A stretch of DNA of 64,000 bases. It comes from Paecilomyces variotii. Its lineage: Eukaryota. The DNA lies in the NCBI GenBank assembly GCA_004022145.1, contig RCNU01000009.1. The stretch is one strand, 5' to 3'. The notes under the pieces are model-generated. The model was not told the DNA's origin and did no database searches. It saw only the letters and a list, made by a program, of their open reading frames with translations. This document shows positions 35,917-49,736 of this stretch, piece after piece. The position numbers and the translations under genes are program-made. Positions within the stretch are counted from its first letter, which is position 1; the number at the start of each line of letters is the position of its first letter.

Positions 35917-38585
35917 ACCAGATCACGTTGATCCATTTCTTTCTGGAAGCGTGACGTTCTGTATGGCAACTCTTATGACCCAGTGGCAACGGGCGTCTGA
36001 TATGCATACCTGACCATTTCTCCTGTCGTTATTGATAGTCTGCATTTAGCGTGTTGTGATTCCAGCCATTATTTCGAATGTTTTGTTTCCTCTTAACTCT
36101 TCTTTCACTGGTCGGGTGACCTTGAGAGTATATCAGCCTTTCGTACACTCCGCCGAGGGCCCTAGCTGGTGAGTTCATCCGGTGTCGGCTTTGAAAGACT
36201 GAAGAAAAGATGCGGTAGAACTGATATACTTTCTCTCTCCATAGGGTTAGAGTTGGATGAGCAGATAACTCCATGGGTTCAGAATCCATTCAATGGATCC
36301 AGCACCGTCGGTCAGATCATTGAGGCGATTGGAATGAATATCACAGTGTCTGGTGGCACTAGTGAGGAAAATCGGCCCAGGACTAGCGACGAGACGCGGG
36401 CAGTGCCGTTGAGTGGTCTCTTGATCTTGGAAACGTTGCGAGCAGTCTCGTATCCTATCAATATCTTGCGACTTGAGCCACTAGTACGGTATCGTTAAGC
36501 TTTGACTAGTGCTGCTTGGTCTAGATTACGAGGCTGATCAACGAAGGGGGAACAGGCTACTGGACCCCGTAGTTATTCTTCCTCTGCCAAATATCTATTA
36601 GGTAGTCGGGGAATGAGCAGGCGGTGAGATGTGGAGGTGAGGGTGGAAAGAGAATGCAGCGGTTCTATGATGAACGAGGTTGGTGCGAAAGAATGTGGCT
36701 CTCTTTGCAGCGAGATGCAAGTCTTGTGGTGGCTTTCAGGAAGGGAAGTCTGGTGTGGCGGAAGTAGGAAAGGAGAGCATGCTAGCCAATGCAGTGATTG
36801 CTAAGATGCACCTATTCATGGCGTCTACTAGTATCGTAATCTGGTAGGCAAGTCACAGGAAAACGTAGTTGAACCAAGGGTCTGTTAAATGAGCCATGCT
36901 AATGACCTCAAACAAGCTATCTGAGCTATCGATCCAGTCCATCATAACCTCAAAACTGCAAGTGCAGCACGCCAAAACATCTCCTGTGTCATAGTCAGCG
37001 AATAATCAATCTCGAGGCGGTAGCTGATATATGTATATGTAACAGGGGGGAAGTGTTGAATAATCTCCTCAGGTCTTTTCAGTTTATATTTGGAACATCA
37101 TTTTCGCCCAAAGCAAGGTAGAAAGTGAAACCGCGGTACTCCACACCCGAAAGAGGGCAAGAGAACAGTGATGGGACCAGAGTCCACGCGCACGCAACCT
37201 GGAAGCAAGAGGAGGTTGGAAAAGAGGCCTCTTCAAGTGCCAGAGGGATTCTCGGACCGATAAGCCATTTTTGTATCACATGTTCACGCTCATTCTCTCC
37301 AACAGAGACAAAAAAAAAGATACCGAACTTTTGAAATCGAGAGTTGAATTCCACAGATCCCATTTCCGGAAAGGGGAAAAGCAATTTGCATAAGGGAATC
37401 CCTCATCATTGGGGGACATGTCGGCCACAGCCATTAGTTTCTCGATTCCTCATGGAAGCAAAGTGGATCAGAAACCCCAGTAAGCGGCCACTTTTTTTGG
37501 TTTTTTTTTGCTGTACACATGTATCTCCAAGACCTTGTCCCCGATTTCCCCGTATCTTTTTGAAAGATAAACGAGAGAGAGAGAGAGGGGCTCGACTCCG
37601 TGGATCTTTCGGAATAGATCTTGTGCCTTTTACTGATCATGTGTTTGCCTTTGGGATTGCTTCGCAGAAACGGGGAGGGATTTCATACTCTCAGTTCAGC
37701 ATTTCCTTTTCTCTCAAGGCTGAAAAGAACATGAGACGTGAAACAAATGGTAAAGAACAGTTTGCGGTGTTTCCTGAGAGCCAGGCAGATGCGTCCTTAA
37801 CCTCTGTTTCTTCTCTTTCTTGAAACCCGGAGCGCTGTCAAACTGTTCTCTTTTCCGCTTCTGGGGTATGGGTGGCACCTTCGAATCCCACACCTTGCTT
37901 GAGCTTGTAATCTGACCTTTTACCAGTGTGACATCATTGGAGATTTGTAGGAGGGGTGTGATAAGGAAAGGAAAGAAGGTCATGTTGAGCAGAGTAAATC
38001 GAAGGCTAGTTAGGAGATGTAAGAACCTACCTGAGGAAGAATGATAGTTATCGCGTGGGTTGGCGTGATGTGATGTCCAAATATCATCTGTTGAGAAATA
38101 TCTTGCTGTATATATCCCAAATCATCATTAGGAGTTAGCGAATATGGCCGGGACCTTGGCCATGTTGTGTTCTCGGAATAGAGTGAAAGTGGAAGAAGAG
38201 CTCTCTGGATGGCGGCGATGTCTATTAGTTAGTGGATTCTGGGGCCAGTTCACACTAAACCACATAGATACACTTCTTGCGGCCTCAGGCTGCGATCGAG
38301 GGGTCGCGGGAAAGGGGAAATGTTCATGGAGCTGGCCGCGCGACTCGGGTTGCTGGGATTCCACCGTCTTACTTTCAAGGCTGGTGAGGAGCTTGTATCT
38401 ATTTTCTAAAAACCCTCTAATCTACCAAGGGACCTTCTCCCGCCAGCGCTCCAGTCTTCCTAATCCTCACGTGCGCACTCTTCCGTTGTTGATCTCCCCG
38501 ATAACTTGAGGGCGGCGCGGAACGCCAGATTGACAATACTTATTATTTCCGACAACGGGCGAGTTTCCCAGGTCGCCAATAAATA

Positions 38586-41423
38586 ATGGATTTTTTGAAA
38601 TCCGCCGTCGCATCGGCAATCGCTAAGGGGAGCTCGTTCCCTTATTCTCTTGGAGACCGGGTAGATAATGGAGAGTCCATTTGGACACTGCATAACGCCA
38701 CGAAACGGGTATGTTCTTTTCTATCTATACAACGCGCAGTTGCACCCCCTGCCTGTTTGAATGCGGAATAACGGACTGACTTTTCATTAATAATTTATAG
38801 GATGACGGCTCCTCATGCAGCGTATTTACATTCGATATTGCGGCAAATAAATCTCGACTTCCGCTGGCGAAAAACGCAGCACGGAAATTGCGGACATTGA
38901 GGCATCCGGGCGTGATAAAGGTGTTGGATACGATTGAGGTAGGCTGCGAAGATCACGCGGACTGGCAACGGTTTGGTCTTTGAAGTTTTGGAAGAGTACT
39001 AAGAAGGGTAATAGACGGATGCCAATATCTACATCATCACGGAACGAGTTGCGCCATTGTCCTGGCCTGTCAAACGGAGGAGTCTGAGCGAAGAGACGGC
39101 CAAGTGGGGGTTATATACGGTTGCGGTGAGTTGAAGGGAATCCTCTGTGCGCTACTGGGTTGCGACTGACAGGCCGCTATAGTCCACGCTTAAATTTATC
39201 AACGATGATGCAGCTTCAGTCCACGGTAGCGTGCGCGTGTCTTCGGTATTCACAAGCGAGAGCGGAGAATGGAAGCTCGGGGGGTTCGATGTGTTGAGTT
39301 CTATGAAGGAGGACGGTGCGGTGATATATGTTAGTCCAATTCCAATATCGGACAGAGGTCTTTTTTACGTCAAGTTCGCTAGCTTACACAAACAACAGAC
39401 GTATGGTAGCCTCGTCCCCGATGCAGCAAGATACACGCCGCCAGAAGTCAATAAGGGAGGTTGGGAGGCTATCAAGAGTAACCCTCTTGCGGCTGTTGAT
39501 GCTTACGGCCTCGGTATCCTGGTATTCGAAGTACTCAACGGTAGCTTTACGGGCGCAGACCAGGTGGGCAAGACGACGAATATACCACCGAGCATGCACC
39601 AAAGCTACAGAAGATTATGTACTGCGAACCCCAAAATACGGCTGAGCCCAGGGAACTTTGTTGAGCAAGGAAAGAGGAGTGGCGGATTCTTTGAGACGCC
39701 ACTGATTCGCTTGACAGAAGATATCGAAAGCTTGGGATTGAAAAATGATGCCGAACGCGAGGAGTTTATCAAGTATGTATCAGTCATGGTCCAGATCTTT
39801 ATGGAATATGACTGACTAGTTCAGTGAACTCGATGAGTTATCTGATGACTTCCCAGAGGAGTTCTTCAAGATGAAGGTCCTTCCGGAACTCCTCAAGTCC
39901 GTCGAGTTTGGCGGTGGCGGCCCCAAAGTTCTTGGGGCTATCATCAAGATCGGTACGAAGCTTACAGCTGACGAGTACTCGACGAAACTCACGCCTGTAA
40001 TTGTTCGCTTATTTGCAAATCCCGATCGAGCGATCCGAGTCTGTCTACTGGATAATCTACCGTTGATGATTGATAACATACCGCAGAGGATTGTCAATGA
40101 CAAAATCTTCCCGCAAATGGTAAGTTTATCGGGGTTGATATCGGGAGGTTGTACTGACGCCTATAGACGTCTGGATTCACGGATGTTGCACCCGCCGTTC
40201 GAGAACAGACTGTCAAGGCTGTATTGGCAGTCATTGGGAAGCTCTCAGACCGCACGATCAATGGCGACTTGCTGAAGTTCCTGGCGCGTACGGCGAATGA
40301 TGAACAACCTGGCATTCGAACAAATACGACCATTTGTCTAGGAAAGATAGCCAAAAACTTGGGCCAGAGTGTACGTTTCCCTGATTGTGTAAGTCTTGTC
40401 AATACTGACCACGGCCGTAGACACGTTCGAAAGTTCTTATTGCCGCTTTCTCGCGCTCGCTCAGAGACCCTTTCGTGCACGCACGCAATGCCGGCCTGCT
40501 CGCTCTCGGTGCGACTCTGGAGTACTTCACCCCAGAGGACGCTGCAGGCAAGATCCTGCCCGCTGTTTGCCCAGCGCTGCTCGACAAGGAAAAGTAAGAT
40601 TCGATCGCCTGTTATTAGATATCACTTACTTAAATCGAACAGGCTTATCCGAGACCAGGCGAACAAGACTGTCGACTTGTATCTACAGCATATTCGAAAG
40701 GAAGCGAACAAGATGCCTGACACGACACTTCCACCACCCGGAGCTACGGAACATGTCAACAACGCAGCTCGCATAGGGACATCTAACGACACCTCTTGGG
40801 CTGGCTGGGCGATCTCCTCCTTCACGAACAAGGTCACTGCGACCAAGGGCGAAATCCAGACTACCAATGGTGATAAGGCTGCCGTAGCAGAACCTGTCCG
40901 CCCGGCATCCGTGCCTCGCCCGGCAAAGACCACATTGGAAGTACCGTTGGTTCAGCCCCAGCAACCTACAACCCCGTCCCTTGGACGCTCTTTATCGGAT
41001 CAACCAGTGACAGCACCTCGAGAAGAGGAAGAGGCGGACGATGTGTACGACGCGTGGGGTGCTATGGATGATGACGATGACGGAGCAGAGCAGACAGGCG
41101 ATAACCTCCTCGATGCAACAGCAACCCCCAAGGATACTCTGAGCCCTGCTTCAACGAGGCCAACCACTGCAGCTTTTGATGATGGCGGCGAACCTGATTT
41201 TGCTGGCTGGCTGGCAGCGCAGTCGAAAGCCAAGGCGAAGAAGCCATTGCCCAAGGGCCTAAGCAAATCGTCATCGACCAAGGAAATCCCTTCACGGCCA
41301 GCAACTACATCGCGGACCGCGAGTACCAATGCCATAAAGACGAAACCCGTAGCAGCGCCCAAGAAGATCGATACGAAGCCCAAGGACGAAGCCGAGGATG
41401 ACGACTGGGGAGCGTGGGACTAG
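38586..41423 (+). CDS. cex1: SCY1-like pseudokinase with HEAT repeats (Cex1/SCYL1), 9 exons (about 38586-38708, 38801-38938, 39015-39125, 39183-39329, 39399-39772, 39825-40119, 40167-40370, 40421-40593, 40643-41423)
   Basis: RKLRTLRHPGVIKVL, SGEWKLGGF, DRAIRVCLL, DEQPGIRTNTTICLGKI, RDPFVHAR and an acidic DDWGAW tail. Junctions are in frame. Confidence 0.88.
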
Positions 41424-42080
41424 AGAACTTCTGGTGCGGTAGATCATCATGGATGGATTTCTTTATACTAGATCTGGTCTTCAGCTTGGATTCCGTACTG
41501 GGTCTTTGCATATAGCTTCTTTATCGGCATCGAGCGTGGAGTTTGGCGCGATTGTTCTGTTTGGCGTGAGTTTGGTGACATTTATGTTGGTCCCGAATAT
41601 AATACCATAATAGTATAGATCTATTCCCGCTTGGTAACAATGTCTATCGAAGTCTACTGCGAATGGCACCCACTGGCTCCATCTTGAATGTTCATTCTCC
41701 AGGTTTCGCCTACACAGTTAATGAATTACATCTTAACATGGGGTTTGGCCCCCATGTCATCGGGCTAAATCGAGTTAGCTGCGGCTGCATGGCTCGGACA
41801 AGTCTGATAGCGACACTCCGATCGATCTTCTTTCAGCTGTCAACTTCCCCGACAGCATCTATCTTGGTGCTTATTGTTGGCGAAGCTTTATCTGTCTTGT
41901 ATGTGCAGGTCGTGCTGTGTCCTCTCTTGATGAATCGGGACAAGGCTGCCTTCTAGGCTCTCTTCTACCCACGCGCAACTTGTATTATCTCAACTTCTCG
42001 GGTCTCTGGCCTTATCCATCTCCTCTCAGCTAATCCTAAACCTCGTGGAGTAATATCATTTGGATTTTTATCTAATCATC

Positions 42081-44015
42081 ATGGATCCCGATGAGGCTCC
42101 TCCACCTTATGCCCCCGTTGACCCGCTGTTGTCAGCCAATGCCAACAGCAATGCCATTTCACCCATCAACTCTCAGCAGCCGTCTATGCAATTGCGCGGT
42201 GGTGAAGCTCCGATTCCATACGCTTATTCCGACGTCTCAAGCACATTCTCAGCAGGCCATTCGTCGTTATCATCTGTATCGCCAGTCAATTATCTTTCAG
42301 CAGTTGGCGCCGTCGAAGAACGCCCGCCTCCAGCGTTCCAAGAGCGCGATGTCCTGCAGCACCATTTGACCATCTATCCCAAGACGCAGGCCAAGGACTT
42401 TCCTCGCCGACCGCGCTGCTGGAACGCAGTAGCAGATGAGATCTCTCAGCAGGATTGGGATACGTTCCTGAACTTCCTGTTTCCTCCACATCTAGCACCT
42501 GCAGCAACGTCTGATCTTCTTTCTCCCAGACTCCGAGCGGAGATCCAGCGGGATCGAAAGGACCGTCCCCAGGAGACAGATGATGAGCGCAAGTTACGCA
42601 TTGCGGCCGTGATTTCGGAGTGGAATCAGCGCTTCTTCTTACCGCGTGGTACTCAGATCTCGTGGATATATGTGGCAGATCTCGAATCGGCTCCTTCTTC
42701 TCCGTTGTGTCCGAGATGCTATCCAGCTGCGACTTCGGCGTCGCAGAATCGCAGAACTGCTCGCTCGAGGTCCGTGGAGACGCTGGTACCGCCGTCGCAG
42801 ATAGAGGGTCCTTCGCAGTTAGATCCTAGCCAGACTCCTATGGAAGCAAGTGATATTGCAACAAACAACAGAGTCGAGTTTCAGACTCCACCCTGCATTT
42901 CTTCTGCAATCAAATCCCTTGCCCCATGGGGCCTGTTTCCTGGAGCTTCAGCTTCTGGCTGGTCCAGGGCAACACCTGCCGACCAGTATCGATGGCCTTC
43001 TCCAGCATGGCCTGTCGGTCCTCAGACCGGTCCCAGCCAACACCGGGGCGTCGCCGGGCCTTTGGGCTGGATAGCCGACATTAGTATGAATGCCACCAGA
43101 TTTGCAGAGCACGTCAGCATACAGGCTGAGGAGTGTGGAAGGCGTATCGAAGAGCAGGCCATGGCTCACGGACGATGGCTCGAGGAGCAGGCTAGAAGCC
43201 GTGGCAGACAAATCGAGGAGATGGGCCAGTCATTTGCTGGCATTGGTAGTCGAGCATCAGCTCCGTGTGAATGGGGTCATGGGCCTTGCAGTCTCTCATG
43301 GGGCCAGAGGGGTCAGTGGGGGGAGGATAGAGGCCGCGGGCGGAGGAATAGGCGTCGTGGACGCAGTTCCTCGACCGATTCTTCGTCTTCAGCTTCATCA
43401 TTCTCCTCGATCGACACCATCTCCACTACTTCGGACTTGGAAGTGACTGATCTCTCCTCAGTCCGCGCGCAACTCTCCTCCCTGAACGGCCATCATCACC
43501 GTGATTCTTATGCTGCTGCTCTCCGACTAAGACATCACCTCCAAGCTCTCCAGCAATTACGCCGTCATGCTCGCTTCAACGGAAGCCGAGGAGGAGGATT
43601 TGGCATGAACGCCTGCTGGGGAGGACATTGGGGAAATTCACGCGGCTTTAGAGGTCGAGGACGGCCTTTCGGCACCCAACACCACGGCCTCAGACGCGCT
43701 CCATGGGAGGCCCCCATCGAGCTGCAGGATAGTCCAGCGCAACGTCGAGCCCTCAAGGAGGAAAAGAAAGCCGTTGAGAAAGCATTCCGGGATATAGTCC
43801 GTCGTGCAAGAGACGAAGCAAGAGAGACACGACGAAATCGGCGCAGTGGAGGACGACGTGAAAGACGACGGGGTCATAGACAGCAGCCAACTGTCCAACC
43901 TTACCCAGCATCTAATGCTACGAATATCACCTCTCCCGACTCTTCTATCTCGTTCGCTACTCGGGCTTTATCCTCCCTTACTCTCTCTGATGCAGAAAGC
44001 CGCTCTAGGACATAA
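42081..44015 (+). CDS. Hypothetical protein with N-terminal PPxY motif and Arg/Gly/Ser-rich C-terminal half
   Basis: Long uninterrupted ORF starting MDPDEAPPPY, with a globular-looking segment (QQDWDTFLNFLFP...EWNQRFFLPRG...CPRC). Confidence 0.8.
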   Translation: MDPDEAPPPYAPVDPLLSANANSNAISPINSQQPSMQLRGGEAPIPYAYSDVSSTFSAGHSSLSSVSPVNYLSAVGAVEERPPPAFQERDVLQHHLTIYPKTQAKDFPRRPRCWNAVADEISQQDWDTFLNFLFPPHLAPAATSDLLSPRLRAEIQRDRKDRPQETDDERKLRIAAVISEWNQRFFLPRGTQISWIYVADLESAPSSPLCPRCYPAATSASQNRRTARSRSVETLVPPSQIEGPSQLDPSQTPMEASDIATNNRVEFQTPPCISSAIKSLAPWGLFPGASASGWSRATPADQYRWPSPAWPVGPQTGPSQHRGVAGPLGWIADISMNATRFAEHVSIQAEECGRRIEEQAMAHGRWLEEQARSRGRQIEEMGQSFAGIGSRASAPCEWGHGPCSLSWGQRGQWGEDRGRGRRNRRRGRSSSTDSSSSASSFSSIDTISTTSDLEVTDLSSVRAQLSSLNGHHHRDSYAAALRLRHHLQALQQLRRHARFNGSRGGGFGMNACWGGHWGNSRGFRGRGRPFGTQHHGLRRAPWEAPIELQDSPAQRRALKEEKKAVEKAFRDIVRRARDEARETRRNRRSGGRRERRRGHRQQPTVQPYPASNATNITSPDSSISFATRALSSLTLSDAESRSRT

Positions 44016-44762
44016 GAGTACAATATCCAGAATTCAAAAAGGCAACAAGATCAGCAGCAAACTAATCCGGAACAACGACCGGGCTTAGATCAAGATCAAA
44101 AGACCTCGAGACAGCCATGGCCTCGAGCGGAGCGGAAACGACAGCGGAAAGGAAAGTCTTCATCCAACATTCCCGTCGGTCGTCCCTTGGGACAAAACGA
44201 GCCTGTGACAAGAAGATAGCAATGCAAAGTGCCATGGGACTAAATAATAACCGCTAGGTACTTTGTACTGTACTTTGTCCCCGTCTATATGCGTTTCACT
44301 TTTTTTCTCCTCTCATTCCATGGAGTCAGCCAAAAGGATTATTTATTGGTTTATAGCGGAACGGTATAAATTATATTATGGATTTTAATGAATGAATTTG
44401 ACAAATGAATTGTCTACTCTCACTCTCACTTATATATGGCTTCTTCTATTCCGAACGTAGGCACATAGTTATCGTTCATAGGTTATCTCGTGGCTTAGTT
44501 AGTGAGTTCTCGTTGCTTATAGTTTTTTTCTTTCTTTCTTGTTATTTTTTCTAATGTTATCTTCATATCTATTTTCTCCCACTGGTGTAGAGGAGGAGGA
44601 GGATCTAGTTATGTATTTTCCCATGGAAAACAAAATAAATCGAATAAGAAATTGGTTGGTTGATTTTCATTGAAGTCCTCGACTCACCGGGAGTCAGGTT
44701 CTCTTTTTTTCTTCTCTTCAGACGGATTCATCGCTGGTATGTATGTAAGTATGTATGTACGA

Positions 44763-45594
44763 TCACGACTCCGCCTTCACACTCTCATTCCGCTCGACCA
44801 GATCACCAACACCCAGACCCCGTCCGACCTTGACGCGAATCATCTTCTCGCCATCCTTCTTGCCCAGCTCGCCAACATCGTCTCCCTCATCGGCATGCTC
44901 TTCATCACCGCCTTCATTGCCAGTGCGCTCCTTCTTCTGCTTCTTCTCTTCGTCTTCGGTCCAGTCGATCCACATGGGCGTGAGATCCATGCGCATGGCA
45001 TAGGCATCCTCGCCATCAGCGTAGTACTTGCTTTCGACCTTCTCGACTTCGAAACCGAGTGTGTCGCGGTATAGATGCAGCGCGGCCTGGTTGGAAACAC
45101 GCACGTGCAAAGAGACGTAGTGTGCGCGATGAGCTTCGGCCATAGCGCGCTCTGTAGTATCCATTAGCAACCATATCGTAAACCTCCCGGAGATCCTCTC
45201 CGGGAAGAAAAAGAAAAAAAGGAAACATACGACTCATCCTCATCAACCTCTCCGCAATACCCAATCTTCTATGCGTACGCATAACACTCAAACTCGTAAT
45301 ATGTCCATGAGCAACCCCATCCGTTGGCTCCTCTTCCATCTTCGCAAGGACATATCCCACTACTTTCGGGTAATCATCTCCGGGTCCCGTTCCATTCAGT
45401 CCATATCCTCTCTTCTTGTATCCGTTCTTGGGCCGGACCACCGCGACGAAACTGAGTTGTGGCCAGGTGAGGGCGTGGTAGAGGTAGTATTTCAGAAAGT
45501 AGTTCTCGGGAAGATTGGTGATGTTGCAGGTCTGGATGGAAGGGAGGAGGTTGATGTATGATGGGTAAGAGGAGAGGGGGAGGATGTCGACCAT
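44763..45594 (-). CDS. ard1: N-terminal acetyltransferase A catalytic subunit (Ard1/Naa10); intron 45230-45152
   Basis: [75 protein letters not shown]. Confidence 0.96.
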
Positions 45595-46556
45595 TTTGGA
45601 TGTTGGTTCTTTTTTGTTTCTTTTGAACTTCGAGGGTTGTGTTGTGTTGTGTATCCTATCGTCTTGTCTAGGGGAATGCCGATCTGGTCTTGCTCGTCTC
45701 TTCTTATATTGGGAGTGCGGATTGTTTGCTCTCTCGATAGATAATGAGGGCTTTCCCCGCTGCGCACGGGAGATAGATAGAGAGAATGAGTCCAATTGAG
45801 GAAGATAAGGGGCTGGACAATTGAATTGATCTCTGTTCCTGAGATCACAACTTGACTGATCACAGAGAGAGAGGGAGAAGAGGCGTTTGCGCTGGGCGAT
45901 CTCGCGGCGGCGGAGAGTTGGGAAGTGTGAGCGGGGGACGCTAAACCTGTTTTGGCGAGCTCTTGAGATGGAATACATCGAGTGCTATATATAATATTAA
46001 TATTCTATACTGTACTCCTGTTTACTCTGTAGTTATTGTTGTACTATCAATTAGCGTAGTAAGCGGTTATCTTTTTATAGAGAAATGTCTCATTGTGATA
46101 TATGGAGTACGTGCCCTACGCAAGACGCACCACCTATGGCTATATTTCTAGGGCTTCGTTACTAATTGACCTCGTATAACTATTAACTACCCTCGAATGA
46201 CGCCCGTTATTTTATGATTGAAGCCAAGTTGGAGCTCTATAACAAGCGCCGTGAAACTGTCATTACAATATGATACACTAGTCTATTCTATCATTCTCTT
46301 CTATGGCTACCTAATCAATGCAGGCGTATGGGTATATACGGGCACTGTGTAGGGGCCACGCTCAGGCTATGCAAAAAAGAAGACGGGAACAAAAAACCCA
46401 AGCAGGATATAGAGTAACCTCTCATATGCCCGACCCTGATCCTAGCAGAGAGGAAAGGGAAGGGAAAATGGAGCACAAATCATATACAAGAAAACATATA
46501 TATACCCAGAACGCCTACCCAAGTGCTGAAGCTCTCTTGCTATCACGGAAGTCAAA

Positions 46557-48128
46557 TCACAGAAGCAGACTGACAACCAGACTCATCAAGCTTGCGAGCC
46601 AGATGTTCTTGCTTCCTCCCAAGAGAGCAGAAGCTCCAGAAGTTCCGGTACCGCAGCACTTGCCGTTCCACGTAACATTGTTCATATCCGCGGCGACTTC
46701 GAAGACAGAGCCGTTGGGAGTGCCGTAGTTGTAGTAATCGACCAGCAGGAAGTTGGGGGGCCGGTTCCAGTCCCCTGTTTAAACATCGTTAGTCTAGTTC
46801 TTTTCCTCCAAGGTAAAGGGGCGAAGGTCGTCGGGAAAAAAAGGAAAATGAAAAAGAGGGCAACTTACTAGTACAATTCTCTGCCATCCAGCCCAGACTT
46901 CCATAGCCGCTGACGCCGTTGGTCTCGTCCAGCAGGGCCGAGTTCGGGATCAGCAGATTGATGCCAGCAAAAGAGACCTCCAGGTTCAGATTGTGGTTGG
47001 CCATATACAAGCGATCCTCTGCCTGGTCGGCGGGCAGATTCGGAGGCCGCTGGACAGTGCAAGGGAAATTCCGGTCCGTGGGGGAGAAGGGAGTTTCAAA
47101 CATATTGCCGAACTCGTCGATCACGTAGGGAACCTCGGTCTGGTTGGCTTGATAATCCAGGAACACAACGACACGCTTGCCCGACAGGATCATGCTCGAC
47201 AGGGTAGGCCAGTCGTTGACCCCCATGGGGATCCTGGGAGGCGTGTAGACATAGTCAATCAGTCCCGAGCTTTCGATCGGCGATGAGTAGTTGCCCACCC
47301 CGATGAAGTCTGAATTGCCCATCAGAATGGTGAGCACGTCGTACGGGTTCTGTCGCAGCCACTGGGTGACGGTGACGAGATAGCTCTCGAGCGTGCCCGC
47401 ATTGAGTATATCACACGAGGTGTGACACAGCCAGATGGTGTTATTCTCCCAGTGGGTTTGGAATTGCACTTCTCGTCCGTTAGCCGGGGTTCTCTTTTTC
47501 TCTTTCTTCGTGGGTTCTACTTACACATGCGGATGCCGTCGTTGAGCTGAGTGGTCACCGGCAGGGCCTGGTTGGAGGCCCAATTGCCTGGTCGCACAAA
47601 GGGACTGTTGTGTGCGGCGACCATGGTGATGTTGGAGTAATTGCGGGCACAGAACTCGGGATAGCCATTGCATGGCTGAGTGTTGGTGGGTAGCGGCGTC
47701 TGCGAGGTGGACGAAGAAGTCATGGAAGAATTACCGGTCGCGGTCGCATTGCCTGATAGCGTGGTGGTGCCCGCGCCCTGGCCGCCGACCAGCATGGTGA
47801 GCGAGGCTGAAGTGGTAGTATGAGCGCTGGCATCGGTGGAATTGCCCGTGGCAGTCCCTGAGGCTGATGCTGTGTCGGATCCTGAACCACTGGCGGTGCT
47901 GGTAGTCGAGGTTGCCTCGCCGTCCTTGGCCGTCGTGGAGAGGACGATGGTGCTCGAGTAGGTCTGATAAGGACCCGTTGGCACATCAGCGCCCGTGGCA
48001 GAGATGATCTTGAGAGTGGCATCGCCCGTCGTGGTGTCGCTGCTGCTGCTGGTCGTCTTGCCATCGTCGGCCGCCCAGCTGGAGGCAACGCCCAGCAGAA
48101 GGATGAGGGGAGCCGAGAACAGTCGCAT
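46557..48128 (-). CDS. Secreted PI-PLC-like phosphodiesterase with S/T-rich N-terminus and likely GPI tail, exons about 48128-47525, 47468-46869, 46774-46557
   Basis: Signal peptide, CNGYPEFC...AAHNS...QLNDGIRMLQ...LCHTSC, RPPNFLLVDYY, hydrophobic C-terminus. Confidence 0.88.
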
Positions 48129-48677
48129 CGCGGAGCCTGGAGCAGGGCAGAGCAACAGGGCAGGGCAGCGATGGACGAAAGAAAGAAGTAGTTAATTAAG
48201 TTGATTGTTCTCGATATACGAGGAGACGATGATGGTTTTGGTGCTGTCGTCAACCTGCGACCAAATCAGCCAGATGCATCTCGATAGACGCAGAAACACC
48301 CAGTATATTGATTGCCAGTTCCCGTGTCAATGCGGTCAGAAGAGAAAAACAGGACGAACCTCCGGAGTAGTTGATTCAGCGACCGACAGAATCAGTTAAT
48401 CTAATTCTATCGTCTCCCGTGTCGACGATCTGTGCTTCGGGATGTTAACAAACTTTTGAGATCGCCGGGGCAGCGCAGCCTTTTTGAGATGGATGAGCTG
48501 CTTCAAGTTGGTCCCGACTTCCCGCGACGATCGTTTCGTTAATTACTTCGTTAGCGAGCGACTACTCTCGTTTAGCAGTCGAGGTCGAGGATTTAATTAA
48601 TTAATCACAGACAGGAAACAGGCCGAAGGAGACGATGGGTTTGAGACAGTCTCTTGAGTAGATATGGTATGGTATGA

Positions 48678-48700
48678 CTCTCTCTCTCTCTCTCTCTCTC
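48678..48700 (+). repeat. (CT)n microsatellite
   Basis: Directly visible. Confidence 0.9.
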
Positions 48701-49736
48701 GCGGGCACCTACGGAACTTGACGTGAAAACGCCCAACGTCTACCACTAATAATACTAATAATAAAATACCAGTGATACTCTAAATTCATCTCCATCTTCC
48801 ATCTTTATCCACATGCGAATCCTCCGGCCCATGACGGCGGTGGCGCCCGGCTGGGGAAACTAACTATCAGTCTATCACATTGGATCTTCACTGGAGAGGA
48901 AGACTGGGACAAATGAGACACGCTATCGATGAAGAAATAATATTAATAGACTACAGGCTGCAGCCTGCAGATATTATGCTACTCTAGTCGGCCTGTCAAA
49001 GCCGCCGTGGCTGCTCGCTCTCTCTTGCTGTCTCTCGCCCGTTTCCCGTCCAGATGGAATTGGAAGAATCATCAACTCTTGGGATCATAGTATTTCGTGC
49101 TCTCTCTCTCTCCAGACTCCACAGCAACCAGAACGGCGTCCTGTGTGTCTCATCGACTCTCATTGACTCTCATTGACATCTCCATCCACCAACATCCGCC
49201 GTCTTGCTGTAAGGGCGTCGTCATCTCACGGCGCAGTCGATCCTTTCTCTCCTAGACAACACCACCCAGATCTCTTTCTTTCTTTCTTTCTCTCTTTCTT
49301 GATCTCCAGATCTGGTTTCCAACCTTTCTCCCTCGCCGACCGAGACGACACTACTGTCCAGACACGGCCCAACAGACCCACGATCGCCGGTCGGTCCACC
49401 GGGTCAGCCCAGCCCCAGCTGGTTCTCTCCAGGTTACGAATACGACCATACAGGATTATCAAATAATCATCGCATCTGGAGAAAAAGTATCCTCGTCAGC
49501 GTCTCGCCCATGTTGTCGTCTGCCGCTGCTCTGCTGGTCTCGCAACGTCAGTCGGCCCGTTGAAGCATGTCGGCCTGCCCGCCCCGTCATTATTGATTGC
49601 TTTCATTATCGATATTCCCCTCCTTTGCTTTCTATCCTTTTTTTCCTTTTGTCAGTTTTATTCTTATTATTCCTAACCCCCTTCCGCGAACCTCTCCTCC
49701 ATCCTATCCGGTCCGATCCTCTATCTCGTCCGCGCC

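Noticed and set aside
45595..45978. N-terminal extension of Ard1 in the ORF track
   Set aside because: The conserved protein starts at ATG 45594 in good context, and the upstream part looks like UTR/promoter.
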